DNA of 64,000 nucleotides from Escherichia coli (GTDB lineage Bacteria; Pseudomonadota; Gammaproteobacteria; Enterobacterales; Enterobacteriaceae): NCBI RefSeq assembly GCF_024502345.1, contig NZ_JALDNN010000001.1; one strand, 5' to 3'. Shown piece by piece: positions 1 to 12,067 of this stretch (position 1 is its first letter; each line of letters starts with the position of its first letter). The notes under the pieces were generated by a model. It saw only the letters and a program-made list of their open reading frames with translations, ran no database searches and was not told where the DNA came from. The position numbers and the translations under genes were made by a program.

Positions 1-402
1 TATCCTTTACGCTGGCAGTATAACGGGAAAGGCCTTGCTAATACGTGATGACATCACATTTAAGCATGGCAAATGTCTGAAAAATGAGCGAATAATCGCG
101 TTATACTCCCTCTTGCTGATAAGTCTGCAAAAACAACAAAATCAAATAATTAGCATGATAAATTATTTTTTATTACGCCTAAAGGATTAAATCTTTTGCT
201 TGCACTACACTGTCAATCAGACAAATGACTATATGGGGCAACCCGCTGTTGCCCTAAATCAAATTTACTGGATTTATTTATCTGGTGAATGACTCGCCTT
301 CGTTTTTAAAATAGCCGCGCATTATTTCCGTCGTCACTTTTTTACGACGACCCTATAAAACGACCATATTTTTCACAGGGTCAATTTTTAATTGAGGTGG
401 AT

Positions 403-1098
403 ATGTTCAGAAAATTAGCAGCTGAATGTTTTGGTACTTTCTGGCTTGTTTTTGGTGGCTGTGGTAGTGCTGTACTGGCCGCAGGCTTCCCGGAATTAGG
501 CATTGGTTTTGCCGGCGTGGCGTTGGCGTTCGGTCTGACCGTTCTGACGATGGCCTTTGCTGTTGGTCATATTTCTGGTGGTCATTTTAACCCGGCGGTC
601 ACTATTGGTTTATGGGCTGGCGGACGTTTTCCGGCAAAAGAAGTCGTTGGCTACGTAATTGCCCAGGTTGTCGGCGGTATTGTTGCAGCGGCGCTGCTGT
701 ATTTAATTGCCAGTGGTAAAACGGGTTTTGACGCGGCAGCCAGCGGTTTTGCTTCTAACGGTTATGGCGAGCATTCACCAGGCGGTTATTCCATGCTTTC
801 CGCGCTGGTAGTTGAACTGGTATTGAGTGCAGGTTTCCTGTTGGTGATCCACGGCGCAACCGACAAATTCGCGCCGGCAGGTTTTGCGCCGATCGCTATT
901 GGTCTGGCCTTAACCCTGATTCACTTAATTAGTATTCCGGTGACTAACACTTCTGTTAACCCGGCGCGCAGCACCGCGGTTGCTATCTTCCAGGGCGGCT
1001 GGGCATTAGAACAACTGTGGTTCTTCTGGGTGGTGCCAATTGTCGGCGGCATTATCGGTGGTCTGATTTACCGGACCCTGCTGGAAAAGCATGATTAA
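403..1098 (+). CDS. aqpZ: aquaporin Z (MIP-family water channel)
   Basis: ORF track 397..1098; two NPA motifs ([14 protein letters not shown]) and six hydrophobic segments; ATG at 403 preceded by GAGG; 231 aa from this start. Confidence 0.93.
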   Translation: MFRKLAAECFGTFWLVFGGCGSAVLAAGFPELGIGFAGVALAFGLTVLTMAFAVGHISGGHFNPAVTIGLWAGGRFPAKEVVGYVIAQVVGGIVAAALLYLIASGKTGFDAAASGFASNGYGEHSPGGYSMLSALVVELVLSAGFLLVIHGATDKFAPAGFAPIAIGLALTLIHLISIPVTNTSVNPARSTAVAIFQGGWALEQLWFFWVVPIVGGIIGGLIYRTLLEKHD

Positions 1099-1107
1099 TT
1101 AACGCAG

Positions 1108-1138
1108 AAGGCCTGGCGTAATGTCAGGCCTTTTTTTA
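1108..1138 (+). terminator. intrinsic terminator after aqpZ
   Basis: hairpin aggcctgg...caggcct followed by a run of 7 T. Confidence 0.65.
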
Positions 1139-1592
1139 AGATGTTGTTATATGTTGATTCATCATCTTGTTGCGCTCCTTTCATGAGCTAAGCCACATAT
1201 TGCCACTGGCGCAAGGAGCGCGCAGGGGGCGGCCAATCGCCGCCGCCCCCTGCCCCCCCGGGCTCTGGCGAACAAAATCGCCGCTGCGCGGTGCCCTCGA
1301 CTTATCCCTTACGGCTACCGGGTCGGGCGCGAGGTAACATCCCTGTAAAACGCGCCCTCAGCCCACATCCATGTGGGCTGCCCCGGCCTTCAGGGAACGC
1401 CTCGGCGATTTTGACGCCACCAACATCGGTGCAGTTTGTAATTAAAGCGCAAGAATATCTTTAAATGAAAACGAATACTCTACTGCTCCTTATGCATAAC
1501 ATTTCCTTTTAATTGCAACTTTACTCGTCCTTCCGCTTTCAGTAGTGTGTCATCGCGCATTTCGACTTCATCTTTGCAAGGACTGGGTTTTC

Positions 1593-2492
1593 ATGTTTTC
1601 TGGGCTGTTAATCATTCTGGTTCCCCTGATTGTGGGTTACCTCATTCCGCTTCGCCAACAAGCTGCGTTAAAAGTTATTAATCAGCTATTAAGCTGGATG
1701 GTTTACCTTATTCTCTTTTTTATGGGTATCAGTCTGGCGTTTCTCGATAACCTCGCCAGTAACCTGTTGGCGATTCTGCATTATTCTGCCGTCAGTATTA
1801 CCGTTATTTTACTGTGTAATATTGCCGCCCTGATGTGGCTGGAGCGAGGCCTGCCGTGGCGCAACCACCATCAGCAAGAAAAACTCCCGTCGCGTATTGC
1901 GATGGCGCTGGAGTCGCTAAAACTGTGCGGCGTAGTAGTGATTGGTTTTGCCATTGGTCTGAGTGGACTGGCTTTCTTACAACACGCGACCGAAGCCAGT
2001 GAATACACGTTAATTTTGCTACTTTTCCTCGTTGGTATTCAGTTGCGCAATAATGGCATGACCTTAAAGCAGATTGTCCTTAATCGCCGGGGAATGATTG
2101 TCGCCGTGGTGGTGGTTGTCAGTTCATTAATTGGTGGTTTAATTAACGCCTTTATTCTTGATCTCCCCATCAATACCGCGCTGGCAATGGCCTCCGGTTT
2201 CGGCTGGTATTCTCTTTCCGGTATTTTATTGACCGAATCTTTTGGTCCGGTAATCGGGAGCGCGGCGTTTTTTAATGATCTGGCCCGTGAACTGATTGCT
2301 ATTATGTTGATCCCTGGGCTGATTCGCCGCAGCCGCTCTACTGCACTGGGCTTATGCGGTGCCACATCAATGGATTTCACCCTGCCCGTTCTTCAACGTA
2401 CTGGCGGGCTGGATATGGTCCCGGCGGCAATTGTTCACGGTTTTATTCTTAGCCTGTTAGTGCCGATCCTCATCGCCTTTTTCTCTGCGTAA
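1593..2492 (+). CDS. lysO: lysine exporter LysO (YbjE), inner-membrane protein
   Basis: ORF track 1545..2492, highly hydrophobic; internal ATG at 1593 gives the 299-aa product recalled for K-12. Confidence 0.8.
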   Translation: MFSGLLIILVPLIVGYLIPLRQQAALKVINQLLSWMVYLILFFMGISLAFLDNLASNLLAILHYSAVSITVILLCNIAALMWLERGLPWRNHHQQEKLPSRIAMALESLKLCGVVVIGFAIGLSGLAFLQHATEASEYTLILLLFLVGIQLRNNGMTLKQIVLNRRGMIVAVVVVVSSLIGGLINAFILDLPINTALAMASGFGWYSLSGILLTESFGPVIGSAAFFNDLARELIAIMLIPGLIRRSRSTALGLCGATSMDFTLPVLQRTGGLDMVPAAIVHGFILSLLVPILIAFFSA

Positions 2493-2525
2493 TACCTCTC
2501 TGGCGGTAGATCCCTGCCGCCAAAA

Positions 2526-2539
2526 TTGCGCTAAATCAA
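2526..2539 (+). promoter_or_regulatory. putative FNR box in hcp promoter
   Basis: TTGCG-CTAA-ATCAA matches the FNR consensus TTGAT-N4-ATCAA in 9 of 10 half-site positions, about 100 bp upstream of hcp. Confidence 0.5.
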
Positions 2540-2597
2540 TCTCCCTTAAAGTTGCATGAAAAATCCCTTTTATCCCCGCGTTAAGCGTCTTAACCTT

Positions 2598-2622
2598 AAA
2601 CATGTATATTAAATATAACTTT
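2598..2622 (+). promoter_or_regulatory. putative NsrR operator in hcp promoter
   Basis: AT-rich imperfect palindrome aacATGTATATTaAATATAACtt resembling the NsrR consensus, immediately upstream of the hcp RBS. Confidence 0.4.
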
Positions 2623-2635
2623 AAAAGGTGTGATC

Positions 2636-4288
2636 ATGTTTTGTGTGCAATGTGAACAAACTATCCGTACTCCGGCAGGAAACGGCTGCTCATACGCGCA
2701 GGGGATGTGTGGTAAAACAGCGGAAACTTCTGACCTTCAGGATTTACTCATCGCGGCGCTGCAAGAGCTTTCTGCCTGGGCGGTAAAAGCGCGTGAATAC
2801 GGCATCATCAACCACGATGTTGACAGCTTCGCGCCACGTGCCTTTTTCTCAACCCTGACCAACGTTAACTTCGATTCTCCGCGTATTGTCGGCTACGCTC
2901 GTGAAGCGATTGCCTTGCGCGAGGCGCTGAAAGCACAATGCCTGGCTGTAGATGCCAACGCGCGCGTCGATAACCCGATGGCTGACCTGCAACTGGTGAG
3001 CGATGATCTCGGCGAGCTGCAACGTCAGGCAGCAGAATTTACCCCTAACAAAGATAAAGCGGCGATTGGCGAAAACATTCTCGGCCTGCGTCTGCTGTGC
3101 CTGTATGGCCTGAAAGGTGCGGCGGCCTATATGGAACACGCGCATGTTCTCGGTCAATACGACAACGATATTTATGCCCAGTACCATAAAATCATGGCGT
3201 GGCTGGGGACCTGGCCTGCCGATATGAACGCGCTTCTTGAGTGTTCAATGGAAATCGGCCAGATGAACTTCAAAGTGATGAGCATTCTGGATGCAGGCGA
3301 AACCGGTAAATACGGTCACCCGACGCCAACCCAGGTCAACGTCAAAGCGACGGCGGGTAAATGCATTCTGATTTCCGGTCACGATCTCAAAGATCTCTAC
3401 AACCTGCTGGAACAGACCGAAGGCACGGGCGTTAATGTCTACACCCACGGCGAAATGCTGCCTGCGCATGGCTACCCGGAGCTGCGTAAATTCAAGCATC
3501 TGGTCGGTAACTACGGCAGCGGCTGGCAGAATCAGCAAGTGGAGTTCGCTCGTTTCCCTGGCCCCATCGTGATGACCTCGAACTGCATCATCGACCCAAC
3601 CGTAGGCGCTTATGACGATCGTATCTGGACCCGCAGCATTGTTGGCTGGCCTGGCGTGCGTCATCTGGACGGTGATGATTTCTCTGCGGTTATCACCCAG
3701 GCGCAACAGATGGCAGGCTTCCCGTACAGCGAAATTCCGCACCTGATCACCGTGGGTTTTGGTCGCCAGACGCTGCTTGGCGCTGCTGATACGCTGATTG
3801 ATCTGGTGAGCCGTGAAAAACTGCGTCATATCTTCCTGCTTGGTGGCTGTGACGGCGCACGCGGCGAGCGCCACTACTTCACCGATTTCGCCACCAGCGT
3901 GCCGGATGACTGCCTGATCCTGACCCTCGCCTGTGGTAAATATCGCTTTAACAAACTTGAGTTTGGCGATATCGAAGGTCTGCCGCGTCTGGTAGATGCA
4001 GGTCAATGTAACGATGCTTACTCAGCGATTATTCTGGCTGTCACTCTGGCAGAGAAACTGGGCTGCGGTGTCAACGATCTGCCGCTGTCGCTGGTGCTCT
4101 CCTGGTTTGAACAGAAAGCGATCGTCATTCTGCTGACGCTGCTTTCTCTGGGCGTGAAAAATATCGTCACCGGCCCGACTGCACCTGGTTTCCTGACACC
4201 AGACCTGCTGGCGGTGCTGAACGAGAAATTCGGCCTGCGTTCTATCACCACTGTTGAAGAAGACATGAAGCAACTGTTGAGCGCGTAA
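2636..4288 (+). CDS. hcp: hybrid-cluster protein (hydroxylamine reductase / NO-stress protein)
   Basis: ORF track 2630..4288; N-terminal Cys cluster MFCVQCEQT...C; 550 aa from the ATG at 2636. Confidence 0.93.
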   Translation: MFCVQCEQTIRTPAGNGCSYAQGMCGKTAETSDLQDLLIAALQELSAWAVKAREYGIINHDVDSFAPRAFFSTLTNVNFDSPRIVGYAREAIALREALKAQCLAVDANARVDNPMADLQLVSDDLGELQRQAAEFTPNKDKAAIGENILGLRLLCLYGLKGAAAYMEHAHVLGQYDNDIYAQYHKIMAWLGTWPADMNALLECSMEIGQMNFKVMSILDAGETGKYGHPTPTQVNVKATAGKCILISGHDLKDLYNLLEQTEGTGVNVYTHGEMLPAHGYPELRKFKHLVGNYGSGWQNQQVEFARFPGPIVMTSNCIIDPTVGAYDDRIWTRSIVGWPGVRHLDGDDFSAVITQAQQMAGFPYSEIPHLITVGFGRQTLLGAADTLIDLVSREKLRHIFLLGGCDGARGERHYFTDFATSVPDDCLILTLACGKYRFNKLEFGDIEGLPRLVDAGQCNDAYSAIILAVTLAEKLGCGVNDLPLSLVLSWFEQKAIVILLTLLSLGVKNIVTGPTAPGFLTPDLLAVLNEKFGLRSITTVEEDMKQLLSA

Positions 4289-4299
4289 GGAGTTTGTCG

Positions 4300-5268
4300 A
4301 TGACGATGCCAACGAATCAATGCCCGTGGCGGATGCAGGTTCATCACATTACGCAAGAAACGCCGGATGTGTGGACGATTTCCCTGATTTGCCACGATTA
4401 CTACCCATATCGCGCCGGGCAATATGCACTGGTCAGCGTGCGAAACTCAGCGGAAACGCTGCGTGCTTACACCATTTCCTCCACGCCAGGCGTGAGTGAA
4501 TATATCACCCTGACCGTGCGGCGGATTGATGACGGTGTCGGCTCCCAGTGGCTGACGCGCGATGTAAAACGCGGTGATTATCTCTGGCTTTCGGACGCGA
4601 TGGGGGAATTTACCTGCGACGATAAAGCAGAAGATAAATTCCTGTTGCTGGCGGCAGGCTGCGGCGTCACGCCGATTATGTCGATGCGTCGCTGGCTTGC
4701 GAAGAACCGTCCACAGGCCGATGTGCGGGTGATCTACAACGTGCGTACGCCGCAGGATGTTATTTTCGCCGATGAGTGGCGTAACTATCCGGTAACGCTG
4801 GTGGCAGAAAATAACGTTACCGAAGGCTTTATCGCTGGTCGTCTCACTCGCGAACTGCTGGCAGGTGTACCTGACTTAGCTTCACGTACCGTGATGACCT
4901 GCGGCCCAGCTCCGTATATGGATTGGGTAGAGCAGGAAGTGAAAGCGCTCGGCGTGACGCGTTTCTTTAAAGAGAAATTCTTCACCCCAGTAGCAGAAGC
5001 GGCGACCAGCGGTCTGAAATTCACCAAACTGCAACCGGCACGAGAATTTTACGCCCCGGTTGGCACCACGCTACTGGAGGCGCTGGAAAGCAATAACGTT
5101 CCGGTTGTCGCTGCCTGCCGTGCGGGTGTTTGCGGCTGCTGTAAGACAAAAGTGGTTTCCGGTGAATATACGGTGAGCAGTACAATGACGCTGACCGACG
5201 CCGAAATCGCTGAAGGTTACGTACTGGCCTGCTCCTGCCATCCGCAGGGGGATTTGGTTCTCGCATAA
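4300..5268 (+). CDS. hcr: NADH oxidoreductase for Hcp (FAD/NAD-binding, 2Fe-2S ferredoxin domain)
   Basis: ORF track 4294..5268; C-terminal CRAGVCGCC 2Fe-2S motif; AAGGAG RBS 8 nt before the ATG at 4300; directly downstream of hcp. Confidence 0.9.
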   Translation: MTMPTNQCPWRMQVHHITQETPDVWTISLICHDYYPYRAGQYALVSVRNSAETLRAYTISSTPGVSEYITLTVRRIDDGVGSQWLTRDVKRGDYLWLSDAMGEFTCDDKAEDKFLLLAAGCGVTPIMSMRRWLAKNRPQADVRVIYNVRTPQDVIFADEWRNYPVTLVAENNVTEGFIAGRLTRELLAGVPDLASRTVMTCGPAPYMDWVEQEVKALGVTRFFKEKFFTPVAEAATSGLKFTKLQPAREFYAPVGTTLLEALESNNVPVVAACRAGVCGCCKTKVVSGEYTVSSTMTLTDAEIAEGYVLACSCHPQGDLVLA

Positions 5269-5275
5269 TCGCCTT

Positions 5276-5310
5276 ATGCCCGATGATATTCCTTTCATCG
5301 GGCTATTTAA
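5276..5310 (+). terminator. intrinsic terminator after hcp-hcr
   Basis: hairpin gcccgatga...tcatcgggc followed by tattt. Confidence 0.5.
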
Positions 5311-5400
5311 CCGTTAGTGCCTCCTTTCTCTCCCATCCCTTCTCCCTCCGTCAGATGAACTAAACTTGTTACCGTTATCACATTCAGGAGATGGAGAACC

Positions 5401-7119
5401 ATGAAACAAACGGTTGCAGCTTATATCGCCAAAACACTCGAATCGGCAGGGGTGAAACGCATCTGGGGAGTCACAGGCGACTCTCTGAACGGTCTTAGTG
5501 ACAGTCTTAATCGCATGGGCACCATCGAGTGGATGTCCACCCGCCACGAAGAAGTGGCGGCCTTTGCCGCTGGCGCTGAAGCACAACTTAGCGGAGAACT
5601 GGCGGTCTGCGCCGGATCGTGCGGCCCCGGCAACCTGCACTTAATCAACGGCCTGTTCGATTGCCACCGCAATCACGTTCCGGTACTGGCGATTGCCGCT
5701 CATATTCCCTCCAGCGAAATTGGCAGCGGCTATTTCCAGGAAACCCACCCACAAGAGCTATTCCGCGAATGTAGTCACTATTGCGAGCTGGTTTCCAGCC
5801 CGGAGCAGATCCCACAAGTACTGGCGATTGCCATGCGCAAAGCGGTGCTTAACCGTGGCGTTTCGGTTGTCGTGTTACCAGGCGACGTGGCGTTAAAACC
5901 TGCACCAGAAGGGGCAACTACCCACTGGTATCATGCGCCACAGCCAGTCGTGACGCCGGAAGAAGAAGAGTTACGCAAACTGGCGCAACTGCTGCGTTAT
6001 TCCAGCAATATTGCTCTGATGTGTGGCAGCGGCTGCGCGGGGGCGCATAAAGAGTTAGTTGAGTTTGCTGGGAAAATTAAAGCACCTATTGTTCATGCCC
6101 TACGCGGTAAAGAGCATGTCGAATACGATAATCCGTATGATGTTGGAATGACCGGGTTAATCGGCTTCTCGTCAGGTTTCCATACCATGATGAATGCCGA
6201 CACGTTAGTGCTACTCGGCACTCAGTTCCCCTACCGTGCGTTCTACCCGACCGATGCCAAAATTATTCAGATTGATATCAATCCAGCCAGCATCGGCGCT
6301 CACAGCAAGGTGGATATGGCACTGGTCGGCGATATCAAGTCGACTCTGCGTGCATTGCTTCCATTGGTGGAAGAAAAAGCCGATCGCAAGTTTCTGGATA
6401 AAGCGCTGGAAGATTACCGCGACGCCCGCAAAGGGCTGGACGATTTAGCTAAACCGAGCGAGAAAGCCATTCACCCGCAATATCTGGCGCAGCAAATTAG
6501 TCATTTTGCCGCCGATGACGCTATTTTCACCTGTGACGTTGGTACGCCAACGGTGTGGGCGGCACGTTATCTAAAAGTGAACGGCAAGCGTCGCCTGTTA
6601 GGTTCGTTTAACCACGGTTCGATGGCTAACGCCATGCCGCAGGCGCTGGGTGCGCAGGCGACAGAGCCAGAACGTCAGGTGGTCGCCATGTGCGGCGATG
6701 GCGGTTTTAGCATGTTGATGGGCGATTTCCTCTCAGTAGTGCAGATGAAACTGCCAGTGAAAATTGTCGTCTTTAACAACAGCGTGCTGGGCTTTGTGGC
6801 GATGGAGATGAAAGCTGGTGGCTATTTGACTGACGGCACCGAACTACACGACACAAACTTTGCCCGCATTGCCGAAGCGTGCGGCATTACGGGTATCCGT
6901 GTAGAAAAAGCGTCTGAAGTTGATGAAGCCCTGCAACGCGCCTTCTCCATCGACGGTCCGGTGCTGGTGGATGTGGTGGTCGCCAAAGAAGAGTTAGCCA
7001 TTCCACCGCAGATCAAACTCGAACAGGCCAAAGGATTTAGCTTGTATATGTTGCGCGCAATCATCAGTGGACGCGGCGATGAAGTGATCGAACTGGCGAA
7101 AACGAACTGGCTAAGGTAA
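5401..7119 (+). CDS. poxB: pyruvate oxidase (ubiquinone-dependent, TPP/FAD)
   Basis: 572-aa ORF; TPP-enzyme features (GDGG motif near C-terminus). Confidence 0.93.
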   Translation: MKQTVAAYIAKTLESAGVKRIWGVTGDSLNGLSDSLNRMGTIEWMSTRHEEVAAFAAGAEAQLSGELAVCAGSCGPGNLHLINGLFDCHRNHVPVLAIAAHIPSSEIGSGYFQETHPQELFRECSHYCELVSSPEQIPQVLAIAMRKAVLNRGVSVVVLPGDVALKPAPEGATTHWYHAPQPVVTPEEEELRKLAQLLRYSSNIALMCGSGCAGAHKELVEFAGKIKAPIVHALRGKEHVEYDNPYDVGMTGLIGFSSGFHTMMNADTLVLLGTQFPYRAFYPTDAKIIQIDINPASIGAHSKVDMALVGDIKSTLRALLPLVEEKADRKFLDKALEDYRDARKGLDDLAKPSEKAIHPQYLAQQISHFAADDAIFTCDVGTPTVWAARYLKVNGKRRLLGSFNHGSMANAMPQALGAQATEPERQVVAMCGDGGFSMLMGDFLSVVQMKLPVKIVVFNNSVLGFVAMEMKAGGYLTDGTELHDTNFARIAEACGITGIRVEKASEVDEALQRAFSIDGPVLVDVVVAKEELAIPPQIKLEQAKGFSLYMLRAIISGRGDEVIELAKTNWLR

Positions 7120-7155
7120 AAAGGGTGGCATTTCCCGTCATAATAAGGACATGCC

Positions 7156-8157
7156 ATGATTGATTTACGCAGTGATACCGTTACCCGACCGAGCCGCGCC
7201 ATGCTCGAAGCGATGATGGCCGCCCCGGTTGGGGACGACGTTTACGGAGACGACCCTACCGTTAATGCTCTGCAGGACTATGCAGCAGAGCTTTCCGGTA
7301 AAGAAGCCGCCATTTTTCTGCCTACCGGCACTCAGGCCAACCTGGTCGCTCTGCTCAGTCACTGCGAACGTGGCGAAGAGTATATTGTCGGTCAGGCCGC
7401 GCATAACTATCTGTTTGAAGCCGGTGGCGCAGCTGTGCTGGGCAGTATTCAGCCGCAACCCATCGACGCGGCTGCCGACGGCACGCTACCGCTGGATAAA
7501 GTGGCGATGAAAATCAAACCCGACGATATCCATTTCGCCCGCACCAAATTACTCAGTCTGGAAAACACCCACAACGGCAAAGTGCTGCCGCGTGAATACC
7601 TGAAAGAAGCATGGGAATTTACCCGCGAGCGCAATCTGGCGCTGCATGTTGACGGTGCGCGCATCTTTAATGCCGTGGTGGCTTACGGCTGCGAACTGAA
7701 AGAGATCACGCAATATTGTGATTCGTTCACCATTTGCCTGTCGAAAGGTCTTGGGACGCCAGTCGGTTCATTACTCGTCGGTAATCGTGATTACATTAAA
7801 CGTGCCATCCGCTGGCGGAAAATGGCCGGTGGCGGGATGCGTCAGTCCGGGATTCTGGCTGCCGCCGGGATGTATGCCCTGAAAAATAACGTCGCACGGT
7901 TGCAGGAAGATCACGACAACGCCGCCTGGATGGCGGAGCAACTGCGTGAAGCAGGCGCGGATGTGATGCGTCAGGACACTAATATGCTGTTTGTTCGCGT
8001 CGGGGAAGAAAATGCTGCCGCGTTAGGCGAATACATGAAAGCGAGAAACGTGCTGATTAACGCCTCGCCGATTGTCCGCCTGGTGACGCATCTTGACGTC
8101 TCGCGCGAACAACTGGCGGAAGTCGCCGCCCACTGGCGCGCATTCCTGGCGCGTTAA
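7156..8157 (+). CDS. ltaE: low-specificity L-threonine aldolase
   Basis: 333-aa ORF, PLP-dependent aldolase-like sequence. Confidence 0.9.
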   Translation: MIDLRSDTVTRPSRAMLEAMMAAPVGDDVYGDDPTVNALQDYAAELSGKEAAIFLPTGTQANLVALLSHCERGEEYIVGQAAHNYLFEAGGAAVLGSIQPQPIDAAADGTLPLDKVAMKIKPDDIHFARTKLLSLENTHNGKVLPREYLKEAWEFTRERNLALHVDGARIFNAVVAYGCELKEITQYCDSFTICLSKGLGTPVGSLLVGNRDYIKRAIRWRKMAGGGMRQSGILAAAGMYALKNNVARLQEDHDNAAWMAEQLREAGADVMRQDTNMLFVRVGEENAAALGEYMKARNVLINASPIVRLVTHLDVSREQLAEVAAHWRAFLAR

Positions 8158-8167
8158 GGAGAGAGAC

Positions 8168-9598
8168 GTGCCGCAACGCATTTTAGTTCTCGGTGCCAGT
8201 GGCTACATTGGTCAGCATCTGGTGCGCACACTCAGCCAGCAAGGGCATCAGATCCTGGCGGCGGCACGTCATGTCGACAGGCTTGCAAAGCTGCAACTGG
8301 CAAACGTCAGTTGCCATAAAGTCGATCTCAGCTGGCCGGATAACCTTCCGGCCCTGTTGCAGGATATCGATACCGTCTATTTTCTGGTGCACAGCATGGG
8401 CGAAGGCGGCGATTTTATCGCTCAGGAGCGCCAGGTGGCTCTCAACGTCCGCGATGCGCTACGTGAAGTACCAGTTAAGCAATTAATCTTTCTCAGTTCG
8501 TTGCAGGCCCCGCCACATGAGCAGTCGGATCATCTGCGTGCTCGTCAGGCTACGGCGGACATTCTTCGTGAAGCGAATGTACCTGTGACCGAACTTCGGG
8601 CCGGAATTATCGTTGGCGCAGGTTCAGCGGCGTTCGAAGTCATGCGCGATATGGTCTACAACCTGCCAGTGTTAACGCCGCCACGCTGGGTACGTTCACG
8701 CACCACGCCCATCGCGCTGGAAAACTTGCTGCACTATCTGGTGGCGTTGTTAGATCATCCGGCCAGCGAACACCGCATCTTCGAAGCCGCCGGACCAGAG
8801 GTGCTCAGTTATCAGCAACAGTTTGAACATTTTATGGCGGTGAGCGGTAAGCGCCGCTGGTTGATCCCCATCCCCCTCCCCACCCGCTGGATTTCGGTGT
8901 GGTTTCTCAATGTGATTACTTCCGTACCGCCCACCACCGCCAGGGCGTTGATTCAGGGGCTGAAACACGATCTGCTGGCGGATGATACCGCGCTACGTGC
9001 ACTCATCCCACAACGGCTGATCGCTTTCGATGACGCGGTACGTAGCACGTTGAAAGAGGAGGAAAAACTGGTCAACTCCAGCGACTGGGGCTACGACGCT
9101 CAGGCCTTTGCCCGCTGGCGACCGGAGTACGGTTATTTTGCCAAACAGGCGGGGTTTACCGTTAAAACGTCCGCCAGCCTTGCTGCTTTATGGCAGGTAG
9201 TGAACCAAATCGGCGGTAAAGAGCGTTATTTCTTTGGCAATATTTTGTGGCAGACACGGGCGTTGATGGACCGCGCGATCGGTCATAAGCTGGCGAAAGG
9301 CCGCCCGGAGCGCGAATATTTACAGACCGGCGATGCGGTGGATAGCTGGAAAGTCATTGTCGTTGAACCGGAAAAACAACTTACGTTGTTATTTGGCATG
9401 AAAGCGCCGGGGCTGGGACGACTGTGTTTTACCCTGGAAGATAAAGGCGACTATCGTACTATCGATGTTCGCGCATTCTGGCATCCGCACGGGATGCCGG
9501 GGCTGTTTTACTGGTTATTGATGATCCCCGCGCATCTGTTTATTTTTCGCGGAATGGCAAAACAAATCGCCAGACTGGCAGAACAAAGCACAGATTAA
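8168..9598 (+). CDS. ybjT: NAD(P)-binding epimerase/dehydratase-family protein YbjT
   Basis: ORF track 8093..9598; Rossmann motif GASGYIG right after the GTG at 8168; that start gives 476 aa and avoids overlap with ltaE. Confidence 0.8.
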   Translation: MPQRILVLGASGYIGQHLVRTLSQQGHQILAAARHVDRLAKLQLANVSCHKVDLSWPDNLPALLQDIDTVYFLVHSMGEGGDFIAQERQVALNVRDALREVPVKQLIFLSSLQAPPHEQSDHLRARQATADILREANVPVTELRAGIIVGAGSAAFEVMRDMVYNLPVLTPPRWVRSRTTPIALENLLHYLVALLDHPASEHRIFEAAGPEVLSYQQQFEHFMAVSGKRRWLIPIPLPTRWISVWFLNVITSVPPTTARALIQGLKHDLLADDTALRALIPQRLIAFDDAVRSTLKEEEKLVNSSDWGYDAQAFARWRPEYGYFAKQAGFTVKTSASLAALWQVVNQIGGKERYFFGNILWQTRALMDRAIGHKLAKGRPEREYLQTGDAVDSWKVIVVEPEKQLTLLFGMKAPGLGRLCFTLEDKGDYRTIDVRAFWHPHGMPGLFYWLLMIPAHLFIFRGMAKQIARLAEQSTD

Positions 9599-9696
9599 TC
9601 GACAAAACCTGCGTTATTCTTTCATGTTTCCCATTGCATCATGGGGGAAATCACGGAAGAATGCGCACGTCATTTTCTCAACAACAGTGGATTGAT

Positions 9697-10710
9697 ATGA
9701 AGGTACTGGTTACCGGCGCCACCAGCGGCTTAGGTCGAAACGCGGTAGAGTTTTTATGCCAGAAAGGCATCAGCGTGCGTGCGACCGGTCGCAACGAGGC
9801 AATGGGTAAATTGCTGGAAAAAATGGGCGCAGAGTTTGTTCCGGCGGATCTGACCGAGCTGGTCTCATCACAAGCTAAAGTGATGCTCGCGGGCATTGAT
9901 ACGCTGTGGCACTGCTCCAGCTTTACCTCGCCCTGGGGGACACAACAGGCTTTCGATCTGGCTAACGTTCGCGCCACTCGCCGCCTGGGTGAATGGGCTG
10001 TCGCCTGGGGTGTGCGTAACTTTATTCATATCTCTTCCCCCTCCCTGTACTTCGATTATCACCATCATCGCGATATTAAAGAAGATTTTCGCCCTCACCG
10101 CTTCGCTAACGAGTTTGCCCGCAGCAAAGCAGCCAGCGAAGAAGTGATCAATATGCTTTCGCAGGCGAATCCACAAACGCGCTTTACTATTCTGCGCCCA
10201 CAAAGTCTGTTCGGACCGCACGATAAAGTCTTTATCCCCCGTCTGGCGCATATGATGCACCACTACGGCAGCATTCTGTTACCGCACGGCGGAAGTGCGC
10301 TGGTCGATATGACCTACTATGAAAATGCCGTGCACGCCATGTGGCTGGCAAGCCAGGAAGCCTGCGATAAGCTACCTTCCGGGCGTGTGTACAACATCAC
10401 CAACGGCGAGCATCGCACACTGCGCAGCATCGTGCAGAAGCTGATCGACGAGTTGAATATTGACTGTCGTATTCGTTCCGTCCCCTACCCGATGCTGGAT
10501 ATGATCGCCCGCAGCATGGAGCGTTTAGGTCGCAAGTCAGCAAAAGAGCCGCCGCTGACCCACTACGGCGTCTCCAAGTTGAATTTTGACTTTACGCTGG
10601 ATATTACGCGTGCACAGGAAGAATTAGGTTATCAGCCGGTCATCACCCTGGATGAAGGTATCGAGAAAACTGCCGCCTGGCTACGCGACCACGGAAAACT
10701 GCCGCGCTAA
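9697..10710 (+). CDS. ybjS: NAD-dependent epimerase/dehydratase-family protein YbjS
   Basis: ORF track 9634..10710; GATSGLG Rossmann motif right after the ATG at 9697 (337 aa). Confidence 0.8.
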   Translation: MKVLVTGATSGLGRNAVEFLCQKGISVRATGRNEAMGKLLEKMGAEFVPADLTELVSSQAKVMLAGIDTLWHCSSFTSPWGTQQAFDLANVRATRRLGEWAVAWGVRNFIHISSPSLYFDYHHHRDIKEDFRPHRFANEFARSKAASEEVINMLSQANPQTRFTILRPQSLFGPHDKVFIPRLAHMMHHYGSILLPHGGSALVDMTYYENAVHAMWLASQEACDKLPSGRVYNITNGEHRTLRSIVQKLIDELNIDCRIRSVPYPMLDMIARSMERLGRKSAKEPPLTHYGVSKLNFDFTLDITRAQEELGYQPVITLDEGIEKTAAWLRDHGKLPR

Positions 10711-11537
10711 TCCTGCCCGTATTTCTCCAGCAACGCTTCGGCAATTGCCTGAGTTTCTGCATCCGCTTCGCCGTTGTATAACGTCGGGCGGAAATGCATC
10801 TGGAACGCCATAATCACGCGCCGCTGCTCGCGCGGTGTCATATCAGGTTTAACGTCATAACCGTAGCGCGCCAAAAGCTCCAGCAATGACGCGGTATCTA
10901 CCGGTGTGTGCGGCGCGCGCCCGGCAAGGTAAAAGTTCACCCGCTGCGCATCCGGCCAGGCACCAATCCCCTGCTGCGCCAGTTGCTGCCAGGGAAATAA
11001 TGGCCCCGGATCGTCTTTGCGCTGCGGGGCGATATCCGCATGTGCCACTACGTTTTCCGGCTTGATGTGATAACGGGCAATAATATCTTTCGCCAGCGGA
11101 ATAAGCGCCTGAATCTGTGCCGGTTCAAACGGGGCAAAATATTTCACCCCCGCCGATTTTTGCCAGCCACGGTTTTCCAGCTCAATGCCAATAGAGGTGT
11201 CGTTAAGGCGCGTTGCCCCGCGCCAGGCGCTAATCCCCGCATGCCAGGCCAGTTCTTGTTCCGGCACCAATTGCCAGATGCGCGGTTTACCGTTGTATCG
11301 CGGTGGCACCGCAGGGACCAGATAATGCGAACTGACCTGCTTATCGGTCAGTGTCGCCAGTGAGCTATCAAAATCATCTGCGGTGTAGTGGATCACCAGC
11401 ACTTTAATGCGCGGATACGCCGCCTGCGCATGGCGTCGGGTATCAAGCTGATATCCCTCTTTCTCGACAATGCCTTTTTCGCCTGCGCACCCTGCCAGTA
11501 ACAGAGCGACAGCGATCAGCCAGAAGACTCTTCTCAT
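10707..11537 (-). CDS. amiD: N-acetylmuramoyl-L-alanine amidase AmiD (lipoprotein)
   Basis: 276-aa ORF; N-terminal lipobox LLAGCAG; amidase_2-like. Confidence 0.85.
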
Positions 11538-11857
11538 CGACGCGTTTTCACCGCCGTACCGCTGACGCTAACCATCAGCATACTGCCGTTTTGCCCGACC
11601 GTTTCGTAGTCGATATCAATACCGACTACGGCATCGGCCCCCAGCGCCCGCGCCTGGGAGCCAAGCTCCTCAAAGGCGATCTCCCGCGCTTTACGTAGCT
11701 CTTTTTCGTAGGCACCGGAGCGTCCGCCAACGATATCGCGGATACCGGCAAAGAAATCACGGAAAATATTCGCGCCTAAAATCGCTTCGCCGGTCACCAC
11801 ACCGCAATATTCAACGATGGTCTGGCCTTCCAGAGTTGGAGTTGTGGAAAATTGCAT
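11534..11857 (-). CDS. ybjQ: YbjQ/UPF0145-family protein
   Basis: 107-aa ORF; start overlaps the amiD stop (ATGA). Confidence 0.85.
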
Positions 11858-12067
11858 GATCGATCTCCTTGTTTGTTAAGCCTTCGATCTCTAAAGCATT
11901 ATCGGACTGATATGCCATGTTGGGAAGAAGGTTTTGATCAGTTTAGGAAATCATCTCATTGTGTCAAAAACACCCACTTAAGTCTTTACGATTATCCGTT
12001 GCATAACCCGGTATTGGTTTCATTATAGGCCACCGCTAACCTGTCGTATTATGTTGTACCAGCAACA

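Noticed and set aside
2849-4006. Minus-strand ORFs (112 and 253 aa) inside hcp
   Set aside because: Antisense to a well-supported conserved gene; typical spurious frames in GC-balanced coding DNA.
8093-8167. Upstream extension of the ybjT ORF overlapping the end of ltaE
   Set aside because: The Rossmann motif begins right after the GTG at 8168; the longer frame would overlap ltaE by 65 nt and adds a non-conserved-looking N-terminus.
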